DNA from: Spirochaetia bacterium
GTDB lineage: Bacteria; Spirochaetota; Spirochaetia; CAKZLE01
Direction: 5' to 3'
Assembly: GCA_021736385.1 (NCBI GenBank)
Contig: JAIPFY010000001.1
Location: 9,457 to 73,456 of the forward strand
Length of the DNA: 64,000 nt
The notes under the pieces were generated by a model. It ran no database searches. It was not told the origin of the DNA and saw only the letters and a program-made list of their open reading frames with translations. A program made the translations under genes and the position numbers. Positions 40,056 to 49,486 of the stretch are shown here, piece after piece. Positions within the stretch are counted from its first letter, which is position 1. Every line of letters begins with the position of its first letter.

Positions 40056-41150
40056 TCAATTATACAGAAGACCCTTGATATCAGCATCATCCATGTTGTC
40101 CTTGTTGTAGAACTTGGCACCGGTATCGACATCAGCTACGCTCTTGCCCAGGTAGGCATCGTAGGCAAGTGATACAGCCTTGTACCCGATCTGGTAAGGA
40201 TCCTGAGTGATGGAACCGAGGAAGTACTCTTTTCGTACCGCATTCTTCTGTCCTGCACCGGCATCATATCCGATGACTGTCAGCTCAGGGTATCGTACAG
40301 GAAGGTCAGCACCGTCATTCGTTGCTGCAAGTATCCCCTTTGCGGTATTCTCATTGGTACAGAAGACTCCCACGATATTCATGTCAGCGACTTTGTTCAG
40401 TACGGCGCTTGATGATGCGGTGACATCCGTAGCTGCAGAAGTAGCTGGTACGATCATATCGATCATGACCTTGGATCCGCTGACAGGGCTGTCATCTGCG
40501 ATGAACGCGGTGTTGCCCATGACTTTGATGTCACTCTTGCTCAAGCTGGTATTCTTGTCGATCAGGTCTACCATGTAATCTCTGAAGCCCTTTCCACGGC
40601 TGAGCAGTGATTCACCGGAAGCATCCTGGTTCATGACCACGATCGTCACTGGAGCAGCGGCTGTCGCATTCTCGATATCAGCTTTGATCACTTCGAACAT
40701 CTTCTGTGCAGCAAGACCTGCAGCAGCATAGTTATCAGTGGAAGCATTCGCATAGATGGAACCAGCGGGAGCGTCGGGTACACCGGAGTCAAATCCGATC
40801 ACCGGGATCTTCTGATCCAGAGCGTCCTGAAGCTGATCCATGACTGCCCCGGTATTCAGTGCTGCAAGAGCGATAGCTGCTGGCTTCTTAGCCAGTGCAT
40901 TCTTGAGCATCTCTACCTGATCCTGTACATCGCTCTCTGTTGCAGGGCCTTCGAAGGTCATGTCGACACCCAGCTCAGCTGCTGCATCCTGTGCACCCAG
41001 CTTGACCTGCTGCCAGAAATCGTGCTGTTCACCTTTTGAGACGACAGCGATATAAGGGGTCTCACTCTGTGCCTGTGCAAAGGCAGCCATCGAGACTCCC
41101 AGGAATGCCAGAACCAGGAGCATGGATACGATCTTTTTCGAAACTTTCAT
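40056..41150 (-). CDS. Sugar ABC substrate-binding protein
   Basis: Signal peptide, VVSKG.QHDFWQ, IPVIGFDSG, TQDPYQIGY. Confidence 0.92.
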   Translation of the reverse strand: MKVSKKIVSMLLVLAFLGVSMAAFAQAQSETPYIAVVSKGEQHDFWQQVKLGAQDAAAELGVDMTFEGPATESDVQDQVEMLKNALAKKPAAIALAALNTGAVMDQLQDALDQKIPVIGFDSGVPDAPAGSIYANASTDNYAAAGLAAQKMFEVIKADIENATAAAPVTIVVMNQDASGESLLSRGKGFRDYMVDLIDKNTSLSKSDIKVMGNTAFIADDSPVSGSKVMIDMIVPATSAATDVTASSSAVLNKVADMNIVGVFCTNENTAKGILAATNDGADLPVRYPELTVIGYDAGAGQKNAVRKEYFLGSITQDPYQIGYKAVSLAYDAYLGKSVADVDTGAKFYNKDNMDDADIKGLLYN

Positions 41151-41228
41151 AGAAGTTCCTCCTCTTTTTTTTATCCGGTGCCTACAGCACCGGGTAGAAC
41201 CTGTGTGATTGCAGGAACGACCGCCTGC

Positions 41229-42473
41229 TCAGGCGTTCTTCCTGAACTCTCTCTTAGCAAGCTTCTCTTCCCGTCTGATGCGGGCCTGTTCTGCCTTCTC
41301 TTCGGCCCTCATTCGAGCATAGGTATGATCACGCTCTTTTGTCAGTGCAGCGATCTCATCAGTGATGCCTCTGGCACGGTCTGCTTCCGCACTCTCCAGA
41401 TTCGCCTTCAGATCATCGATCTTATCGTTCATCGAATTCCGGTAGCGTTCTGAGGCTGCCACGATCTTCTCCAGTGATGCCTTGTTCATCTTGTAGATAT
41501 CAAGCAGCACGGCAAGGATGACCACGACACCGGTGAAGAAGGTCTGGTAATGCGATTGGAGGTCCATCGAGGGCAGACCTGTTCGCAGTACGCTCATGAT
41601 GAACACACCGATCAGCGTCCCGGATACAGAACCGATACCACCGGATAGGGAGGTACCGCCGATGACCGCTCCGGCGATGGCATAGAGCTCGAACCCGGCA
41701 CCCTGGGCAGGCATGACGGTCGTATAGACTGCTGCGAATGCGATACCGCCGATACCGGCACTGATACCGCTTACGATATAGACCGACATCTCCCATTTCT
41801 CCACATTGATCCCTGAGAGTCTGGCAGCCTCTTTGTTACTGCCGATCGCAAAGATATATCGTCCCATCTTCGTCTTGAACAGGATGACATAACTGATGAA
41901 GGCGAACCCGAAGAGGACCAGAGCACCGGTGGGTATCGAGCTGTTGTCTTCAGTGATGTACTTGAAGATCCCCTTGAACCAGCCGCTGGGTTCTGATCGG
42001 GTGGGAAAGGTCGCTGATCGAACGTTCGAGACGATGGAACCGACGCCCTTTGAGATCATCATCGTACCCATGGTGGCGATGAACGGCGGCAGTTTCAGTT
42101 TAGCAATGAGCAGACCGTTGAACAGCCCGAAGAGTGCTCCGACGACGACGATGAACAGCAGTGAGATCCACATCGGCCATCCCCAGGACTTATAGGCAGT
42201 CCCGCCTATGATCGCGGCAGCCATCATGACCGTACCACAGGAGAGGTCTATCCCGCCGGTGATGATGACGAAGGTCACACCGATCGCGATGAACCCTATG
42301 TAGTAGGAGGAGTCAAGGATATTTACCAGAGTGGTATAGGATATGAAGTTCCTGCCAAAGATCGCAAAGAACACATAGAGGATGATCAGAGCTGCAGGGG
42401 CAAGTATCTTCTGCAGCCCTTTGCTTTTCAGATCCTCGATCCGGTTTTGTTTTTTCGTCAAGGTCTTATTCAT
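41229..42473 (-). CDS. Sugar ABC permease with charged C-terminal extension
   Basis: GGIDLS, AIGSNKEAARLSGI, ELYAIAGAVIGG. Confidence 0.92.
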   Translation of the reverse strand: MNKTLTKKQNRIEDLKSKGLQKILAPAALIILYVFFAIFGRNFISYTTLVNILDSSYYIGFIAIGVTFVIITGGIDLSCGTVMMAAAIIGGTAYKSWGWPMWISLLFIVVVGALFGLFNGLLIAKLKLPPFIATMGTMMISKGVGSIVSNVRSATFPTRSEPSGWFKGIFKYITEDNSSIPTGALVLFGFAFISYVILFKTKMGRYIFAIGSNKEAARLSGINVEKWEMSVYIVSGISAGIGGIAFAAVYTTVMPAQGAGFELYAIAGAVIGGTSLSGGIGSVSGTLIGVFIMSVLRTGLPSMDLQSHYQTFFTGVVVILAVLLDIYKMNKASLEKIVAASERYRNSMNDKIDDLKANLESAEADRARGITDEIAALTKERDHTYARMRAEEKAEQARIRREEKLAKREFRKNA

Positions 42474-42489
42474 CGTTCCTTACTCCTGC

Positions 42490-43989
42490 TTAGTTGTTCA
42501 TGGTCGCATAGTGCATGATCTGTTCCTGATCAGCGTCACAGATATCAAGTTCTCCGGTGATCCTGCCTTCACACATCACCATGATCCTGTCGCTCATACG
42601 CAGTACTTCCGGCATCTCAGAGGAGATCATGATGATCGCTTTCCCCTCTTTGGCCAGTTCGTTCATCAGATGATAGATCTCGCTCTTTGCCCCTACATCG
42701 ATCCCCCGTGTCGGTTCATCGAAGATGAGGATATCGCTGTTGCGGATCAGCCATTTTGCGATGACGACTTTCTGCTGGTTCCCCCCTGAGAGGTTCACTA
42801 CCAGCTGGTCGAGAGACGGGGTCTTGATCTTCAGGGTCTCTGCATACTCCTGAGCGGTCTCAGTGATCTGTGTCTTGCGCATGAACCCGTGCTTCTGGAA
42901 ATCCTCATATGAGGCCATGATCGAGTTATCCTCGACGCTCAGTCCGGTTGCCAGCCCGTATCGCTTGCGGTCCTCTGAGAGATACCCGATGCCGTAGCGT
43001 ACTGCAGCCATCGGGTCACTGATGAAGGCTCTTCTGCCATTCACTTCGATGATCCCGCTGGTGGAGACATCAGCCCCGAAGAGGGCTCTCATCGTCTCGG
43101 TCCTGCCTGCACCGATCAGGCCAGCGAACCCCAGGATCTCTCCCCTGTGGAGAGAGAAACTGACATCTTTCACCATCCTGCCTGCGTTGAGCCCGGTGAC
43201 CTTCAGCACCACCTCGGCATCAGCGGGGACGTTGCTCTTCTGCTTCGGATCCTCATAGATCACTCGTCCGACCATCATCTGTATGATCTCTTCCTTGGTG
43301 ACCTTGTCCGTATCTTTCGTCCCGATGTACTCCCCGTCACGCATGACCGTAACCCGGTCAGTGATCCTGTGGATCTCATCCATGCGGTGCGAGATGTAGA
43401 TCATCGCGACCTGATCCTGTGCAAGCTTTCTCATGATGGAGAACAGCTCATCGATCTCGGTGTTCGTGAGAGCTGCTGTCGGCTCATCAAGGATCAGGAC
43501 CTTGAGGTTGTGCGATACCGCTTTGGCTATTTCGACCATCTGCTGCATCCCGACAGTGAGCTTCCCGAGCTTCTCAGCCGGGTCGATGTTCATGTTCAGC
43601 TGTTCGAAGAGCTTGCGAGCCCGTTCATTCTGAGCCTTCTCATCGAGAAAGAGTCCCTTCATCTTCATGGATTCTCTTCCTATGAAGATGTTCTGAGCGA
43701 CTGTCAGATGATCCATCATATTCAGTTCCTGATGGATGATGCCGATTCCCATCTGGAGGGCTTCTTTCGGCCCCTGCGGATGGAACATCTTCCCCAGATA
43801 GTGGATCTCCCCTGAATCTTTCTCATAGATACCGGTGAGGATCTTCATGAGTGTCGATTTCCCTGCTCCATTCTCACCTACGAGGGCATGGACTTCCCCC
43901 TCACAAAGATCAAAATCCAGACCTTTGAGAGCATGGACACCTTTGAACCGTTTATCGATGTGTTTCATGGATAGAATTTGTCTGCTCAA
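42490..43989 (-). CDS. Sugar ABC ATP-binding protein
   Basis: GENGAGKST, LSGGNQQKV; TTG start at 43989 chosen from SD GGGAG. Confidence 0.93.
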   Translation of the reverse strand: MSRQILSMKHIDKRFKGVHALKGLDFDLCEGEVHALVGENGAGKSTLMKILTGIYEKDSGEIHYLGKMFHPQGPKEALQMGIGIIHQELNMMDHLTVAQNIFIGRESMKMKGLFLDEKAQNERARKLFEQLNMNIDPAEKLGKLTVGMQQMVEIAKAVSHNLKVLILDEPTAALTNTEIDELFSIMRKLAQDQVAMIYISHRMDEIHRITDRVTVMRDGEYIGTKDTDKVTKEEIIQMMVGRVIYEDPKQKSNVPADAEVVLKVTGLNAGRMVKDVSFSLHRGEILGFAGLIGAGRTETMRALFGADVSTSGIIEVNGRRAFISDPMAAVRYGIGYLSEDRKRYGLATGLSVEDNSIMASYEDFQKHGFMRKTQITETAQEYAETLKIKTPSLDQLVVNLSGGNQQKVVIAKWLIRNSDILIFDEPTRGIDVGAKSEIYHLMNELAKEGKAIIMISSEMPEVLRMSDRIMVMCEGRITGELDICDADQEQIMHYATMNN

Positions 43990-44163
43990 CCTGTCACTCC
44001 CGGAACCGCCTGCATCGGCAGTGTTCAATCATTAGATTGATAGTATCCACCCGTTTCTCAGATCGCGAAATAGAGGATTTTACGGTGTTTGTCTAAATTA
44101 TTCCGGTTCGATGAGATATCACACTGATCTGCTCACACGTGCTGAAAAGAGGTTGCTGGTCCC

Positions 44164-45153
44164 TCAGGGGCTGTTCCTGAAGGGATAGAGCAGTTCCTGG
44201 TACTCTCGCTGGAACATGTTCTCCCGGGTGATCAGTACTGACCCGGTGTCATGGAACTCCGGGACCGGCTTCCCGCTGAGATAGTCGACAGCGATCTTCA
44301 CAGCCATGTACCCCATATTGTACGGTCGCTGCACGACCGTCGCATCGATGACCCCCGCTTCGAGGAAGGTGAGTTCTCTCACCGCATTGTCAAAGGCCAC
44401 CACTTGGATCGTATCCTGCAGCTGCCTGTCTGCCACCGCACGCGCTGCGCCCAGGGACGCGACCTCGTTGAGAGCCACGATGCCCCCGAGGGTCGGGTCA
44501 TCGAGCAGTCCCAGGGTGATCTCATAGGCTTTGTCCTCTTCGACATCACAGTACCAGGTACCGATGATCTGTGTTGCATCGATGGCCTGACGGACTCCCT
44601 TCTCCCGGTCGATCGCTGTTGCCGCCTCCCGGATGTGACTCACGATCGCGATCTTCTGTCTCTCCCGTCCTTCGAGCAGCCGCAGCATCTCTCTCCCGGC
44701 TTTCTCACCTGCTGCGATGTTATCGGTGGCGATGAAGGAGACGGGGATCGATGAATCGATGCCGGAATCGAAGGTCACTACCGGGATACCGTAGGATTCT
44801 GCCTTTTTCACCGAATCGACCAGCCGCACATAATCTGCAGCTACCAGGACGATCAGCGGGGGCCGCTGCTCGATGACCTCCTCGAGGATGATGATCTGCT
44901 GGTCTATCTCCTTCTCGAACCTGGGTCCCGAGAGTTCCACAGTCACCCCGTACTCTTTTGCCGCTTCCTGAATCCCCCGTTCGGCGATACCCCAGAACTC
45001 CATCGGTACCACTTCCGATGACTTCATGACGAACTGGATCGGCTGATCGAGCTTGATATGGTTCGGCACCGTCTGCTGATAGAAGATCGTCAGGAAGAAG
45101 AAGAGCACCAGAGCAGCCATGAGACTCAGGAGCAGGACCAGCCAGTTTTTCAT
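44164..45153 (-). CDS. Membrane-anchored sugar-binding sensor of a three-component system
   Basis: N-terminal TM, periplasmic-binding fold, overlaps the kinase stop codon. Confidence 0.8.
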   Translation of the reverse strand: MKNWLVLLLSLMAALVLFFFLTIFYQQTVPNHIKLDQPIQFVMKSSEVVPMEFWGIAERGIQEAAKEYGVTVELSGPRFEKEIDQQIIILEEVIEQRPPLIVLVAADYVRLVDSVKKAESYGIPVVTFDSGIDSSIPVSFIATDNIAAGEKAGREMLRLLEGRERQKIAIVSHIREAATAIDREKGVRQAIDATQIIGTWYCDVEEDKAYEITLGLLDDPTLGGIVALNEVASLGAARAVADRQLQDTIQVVAFDNAVRELTFLEAGVIDATVVQRPYNMGYMAVKIAVDYLSGKPVPEFHDTGSVLITRENMFQREYQELLYPFRNSP

Positions 45154-46931
45154 CGTATTGCCTCGCTTGAGGGGATCCTGACGGTGATGGTCGTCCCGAC
45201 CCCTGGGGTACTCTCACAGTGCAGTCCATAGGACTCACCAAAGTAGAGTCGTATCCGTGCGTGCACATTGCGTACACCCATCCCCTGTCCGCTCGCACGG
45301 TCAGCCTCATCATCCGGCTCCTCACGCAGTGTGTTGAGCTTCTCGACGGTCTCCGGTGACATGCCTCTGCCGTTATCAGAGACCGTGAAGATGAGCACCT
45401 TCGCCTCTCTCCTTCCGGTGATCTCGATGAGTCCCTTGTGATCGACCTCTTTGATCCCGTGATAGATGGCATTCTCTACAAGCGGCTGAAGGGTGATCTT
45501 CAGGATGTGCTCATCACCGATCCCCGGATCGATATCGATGTGAGAGTCATACTTGTTCCTGTAGCGCATCTCCTCGATGGTCAGATAGGATCTCACATGA
45601 TCGATCTCATCACGCACTGAGATCAGTTCCCGCCCTTTGCTGATGCTGATACGCATCAGCTTCGAGAGCGCCGAGGTCATCAGTACCACCTCTTTGTGCT
45701 GTCGCATCTCTCCCATCCAGATGATCGAATCAAGGGTATTGTAGAGAAAGTGGGGGTTGATCTGAGCCTGCAGGGCCTTCAGGTCACTCTTGCGCTTGAG
45801 TTCCTGTTCCTTCACGTTCTCTACCATCAGCTCCCTGATACGGGTGACCATGATGTCATAGTCATGGGCAAGTTCCCTGATCTCATCGGTAGCATCGATC
45901 TGCCCGACAAGATGGAAGTCCCCGGTATCGACACTCTTCATGATCCCCTGCAGTCTCTTCACAGGGCTGGTGATCCCCCGGGTGATGCGATTGGTGGCAA
46001 GCCCGACGATGAGAAAGAGGATGAGCCCGATAGCGGCATAGGTGATCTGTACATAGGTCCAGTCTGTGATCATATCGTCCCTGAAGAGGACACTGACCAC
46101 ATGCCATCCGGTCATCGAGGAGGTGTTCACGAAGTAGTAGTGCTGCCCGTCTGTGAACATGTTCTGCTCATCCTGCTGTGCGATCTCCAGAAGCTGCTGT
46201 ACCGGTTCGTCCTTCACACCGCTGTAGACCAGCTGCTGGGTGGGATGATAGACATAGTCACCGTTCTCATCAAGGATGAAGTTATAGCCTCTGCGGCCGG
46301 TGACCATGGACTGGCAGAGCTCCTGGATACTATCGAACTTCAGATCGACCAGCAGCACGCCCAGAGGCTCTTCGGTATCAGAGGAGAGGATCCCGCGGCT
46401 GAGCGAGGTGACCCAGGAGTACTCCCCTACGATGAGATTCTGCACATAGGACCCGGAGATGATCGTCCTGTCCGGGTTCTCCAGGGCACTGACGAACCAG
46501 GGACTCTCTGTCACATCACTCCAGGGATTGATCTGTACAGCGGCATCTGCAGAGAAGATCGTCCCGGACAGGTCGGTGAAATAGATATTGAGGATGTCAT
46601 CCCGTGCCTTCAGATACCGTCCTATCTGCTCCTGGATCAGCGCACGGTGGTCGTTCAGCGATACGGCATACTCGCTGCGCAGGACGTCCTGGGAACCGCT
46701 CTCTTCGATGATCGCCAGCGAGAGGTTCTCCATATCCTCGATATAGGAATCTATCTGGCGGGTGAGCTGGCTGAGCAGGGTCCTGTTCGAGGCGATCATG
46801 GAATTCCTCACCGTCGTCACGGTGAACTGGAAGGAGACGATCTGCATGATGAAGATGGTCCCGAAGATGAATACGATGAACACCGTATAGATCCTGGACC
46901 CCAGAGTCCCGATGCGAAACAGCCCCTTCAT
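45150..46931 (-). CDS. YesM-type sensor kinase (Cache-HAMP-His_kinase)
   Basis: LQAQINPHFLYNTL, LQPLVENAIYHG. Confidence 0.93.
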   Translation of the reverse strand: MKGLFRIGTLGSRIYTVFIVFIFGTIFIMQIVSFQFTVTTVRNSMIASNRTLLSQLTRQIDSYIEDMENLSLAIIEESGSQDVLRSEYAVSLNDHRALIQEQIGRYLKARDDILNIYFTDLSGTIFSADAAVQINPWSDVTESPWFVSALENPDRTIISGSYVQNLIVGEYSWVTSLSRGILSSDTEEPLGVLLVDLKFDSIQELCQSMVTGRRGYNFILDENGDYVYHPTQQLVYSGVKDEPVQQLLEIAQQDEQNMFTDGQHYYFVNTSSMTGWHVVSVLFRDDMITDWTYVQITYAAIGLILFLIVGLATNRITRGITSPVKRLQGIMKSVDTGDFHLVGQIDATDEIRELAHDYDIMVTRIRELMVENVKEQELKRKSDLKALQAQINPHFLYNTLDSIIWMGEMRQHKEVVLMTSALSKLMRISISKGRELISVRDEIDHVRSYLTIEEMRYRNKYDSHIDIDPGIGDEHILKITLQPLVENAIYHGIKEVDHKGLIEITGRREAKVLIFTVSDNGRGMSPETVEKLNTLREEPDDEADRASGQGMGVRNVHARIRLYFGESYGLHCESTPGVGTTITVRIPSSEAIR

Positions 46932-48529
46932 GCTCCCAGACTCCTTCTGTACTCAAGAGGGGTCCTGCCGGTCAGTCTCTTGAAGATGAGGGAGAAATAC
47001 CGCGGGTCACTGAAGCCGACCAGTTCTGCGATCTCATAGGCCTTGAGCGATGAGTTCTTCAGATGCACCTTCGCCTGTTCGATACGACGACCGGTCAGGT
47101 ATTCTACGAAGGTACTGCCGGTAGCCTCCTTGAACAGATAGCTGAACTGGCTTGTCGAGAGGAACAGCTCATCGCAGATATCCTGCAGTGAGAAATCCTT
47201 CTCGGTGAACCGGGCATCTATGATCGTCCTGGCCTTGTCCATGCGCGAGGCAGTGTTATCGTGTCGCTTTGCCTCGATACGATCTTCGATGGTCGTGATG
47301 GTCCTGGTGAAGAACCCCTTCGCCTGATTGATCGATACGAAATAGTCAGTCTGATAGGGTATGGACTCATCTTCTTCGGTGATGAGATTCATCTCCTGGG
47401 CGAAGTCCTGCAGCCGTGCATGCATCCGTATCAGATAGAACGAAGCCTCATGCAGCGTCAGATAGTGCAGTTCGAAATAGGAGAAGATCTCCTCGAGAGC
47501 CGTGCGGGTAGCATCTCTGCTGCCGGTCTTCAGCTGATCGATCAGTCCGCACAGCAGCAGGTTGAACCGCTCAGGGGAGACCGTCTGCCTGTTGCGGATC
47601 TCTGATATATGCAGGATCCTTGAGGTACCGAGTACCTGCACATAGTCCACGGCACTCAGAGCCCCCCGGTAGGAGATCACGATATGAGAGAGGTCGGTCA
47701 CCACTTCCCCGCACCCTATCGATACCTGCTCCTCCCCCCGCTTGCTGATGAAGGAGAAGACGCTTCTGGCGATCTCATACCCCCGCTGCTTGACCCGTGT
47801 GCTGTAGGCCCTGCAGGTCTGAGGGTCCTCAGAGCCGCAAACAGGGTCCTGCAGGATCAGCACGATGTTCTCCTCTCTGTTCGAGAGCAGTTCATCCGCC
47901 GGGAGGAGATATCCTTTCATATGTTCTGCAAGGGAGAGCCGATCGAGCTGGTCCCAGGAGGGCGGGATCCTGATCACCGCGATCTGGTAGAGGCCGTGGA
48001 GGTCCTCCCACTGGAAGTAGCTCTTTCGCTGTGCGATATCGGAGGCTTCCAGTCTGCCGGAGATCATCCGGTAGAGAAACCGTTCCCGAAGCAGGGGGAA
48101 ACTCGCTTCGAGTTTCTCCTGCAGCTCCGCCTGGAGGTCCAGGTCCTGTCTCTGGGTATCGAGCTGCCCCCGGACTCTCTTCAGTACCTCTGTCAGTTCA
48201 TCTGCAGTGATGGGTTTGAGCAGGAACTCATTCACCTGGTACTTCAGGGCCTCCTGGGCATACTCGAAGTCATCATGACCGGAGAGCAGCAGTACCATGA
48301 TCTGCGGGTACTGTTCATGGATGAGCCTGCTCAGTTCCAGACCGTCGATCTTCGGCATCTTGATATCGGAGATGACGATGTCCACCGGATGTGTTCTCAG
48401 GTATTCGATCGCCTGCTGGCCGTTCTCCAGCAGGGCAGCAAGAGAGAACCCCAGAGGCTCCCATGCGATACACGAAGAGATCCCTTCCCGAATGATCGAC
48501 TCATCATCTACGAACACTAATCGGTACAC
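46928..48529 (-). CDS. YesN-type REC-AraC response regulator
   Basis: VDDE, DIKMP, LLKP; C-terminal AraC HTH EIAELVGFSDPRYFS. Confidence 0.93.
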   Translation of the reverse strand: MYRLVFVDDESIIREGISSCIAWEPLGFSLAALLENGQQAIEYLRTHPVDIVISDIKMPKIDGLELSRLIHEQYPQIMVLLLSGHDDFEYAQEALKYQVNEFLLKPITADELTEVLKRVRGQLDTQRQDLDLQAELQEKLEASFPLLRERFLYRMISGRLEASDIAQRKSYFQWEDLHGLYQIAVIRIPPSWDQLDRLSLAEHMKGYLLPADELLSNREENIVLILQDPVCGSEDPQTCRAYSTRVKQRGYEIARSVFSFISKRGEEQVSIGCGEVVTDLSHIVISYRGALSAVDYVQVLGTSRILHISEIRNRQTVSPERFNLLLCGLIDQLKTGSRDATRTALEEIFSYFELHYLTLHEASFYLIRMHARLQDFAQEMNLITEEDESIPYQTDYFVSINQAKGFFTRTITTIEDRIEAKRHDNTASRMDKARTIIDARFTEKDFSLQDICDELFLSTSQFSYLFKEATGSTFVEYLTGRRIEQAKVHLKNSSLKAYEIAELVGFSDPRYFSLIFKRLTGRTPLEYRRSLGA

Positions 48530-48722
48530 GTGCCATTCACCTCACTTGACTTCGGGCAGGTCAGCCCCTCTTACAGGTATACTACCACAGGAGCTCGGGA
48601 TCACAAAGCAGTTCTGCATCTCACAGCGACCCGTACAAAGCCTGCAGGTTCATGAACACGCCGGGGATCGCCCTCTGACTGCTATCTGAAGAACTTTCAG
48701 CCCTCTTTTTCAACAAATGAGT

Positions 48723-48751
48723 TTCAATCACTCCGGTTTATGTGGTATCCT
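48723..48751 (+). promoter_or_regulatory. Candidate promoter of the two-gene unit
   Basis: TTCAAT-N17-TATCCT with extended -10 TG. Confidence 0.5.
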
Positions 48752-48757
48752 TCAACT

Positions 48758-48949
48758 GTGACAGACCATCAGCTCACCGTGATACCGCCATACCCTCAGG
48801 TGCCCGGCAGTATCACAGGGTCATGATGAGCCTCTCACGCTGAGACCCCATACCTTCTTCAGCGTGGGGATACCGGTCGATCCCGAGTACTGACGGCTTC
48901 CGGTCCGGCAGAATGATCGAGATCGACTGAAACACGACAAGGAGCAGCG
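48758..48949 (+). ncRNA. Candidate structured 5' leader / cis-regulatory RNA
   Basis: Three consecutive hairpins; first two loops share CCATACC; family not recognised. Confidence 0.4.
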
Positions 48950-49483
48950 ATGCGGTATACCAGGGAAGAACTTGATCAGGCATTCACAGCAGTGCTCACC
49001 GCAGTGGGAGAAGCATGCAGCTCTACCGATGAGCAACTCCTGCGGCTCAGGGCCAATGAGACGGCTCGACTCATAACGCTCATACCGTTCCTTGCGGGGT
49101 CCGACACGCCCGAACGTGATGGAGCCTCCAATCTGGCTTCCTACCTCCTGTCGACAGCCCCTGCGACCAAGTCCTATTACCTCCACACCCCGTTCGATGA
49201 TGATCAGGTGTCACACCGCCTGATCCAGGCACTCACCATCTCATCAGGGGATCAGGCGGTATGCAGTGCAGGGGGAGCTCTTCTGGCGCTGAACATGCTC
49301 ACAGATTACCAGCGTGACAGCACCGCCGATACCCTGGCGGGGAAATACAACCCTGTCGCCTCAGGCATATGGGACTTCGAGCTCCTGCAGGCCGCACTTC
49401 TAGCAGTATTCGAACCGTTCAGAGACCTCTACGCGGTTATCATAGACCCTGATTCCTACATCACAACTTATTGGGAGAGTTAA
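48950..49483 (+). CDS. Hypothetical protein with isoprenoid-synthase-like Asp-rich motifs
   Basis: SD AAGGAG; DDD and LTDYQRDSTADTLAGK motifs; coupled to the LuxR gene (3-nt gap). Confidence 0.7.
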   Translation: MRYTREELDQAFTAVLTAVGEACSSTDEQLLRLRANETARLITLIPFLAGSDTPERDGASNLASYLLSTAPATKSYYLHTPFDDDQVSHRLIQALTISSGDQAVCSAGGALLALNMLTDYQRDSTADTLAGKYNPVASGIWDFELLQAALLAVFEPFRDLYAVIIDPDSYITTYWES

Positions 49484-49486
49484 CAC

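Noticed and set aside
45696..47039. 447-aa ORF on + strand
   Set aside because: Antisense shadow of the YesM kinase; no recognisable motifs
48821..49186. 121-aa - strand ORF as a possible precursor or antitoxin
   Set aside because: Antisense to the leader and the 177-aa gene; no supporting signals
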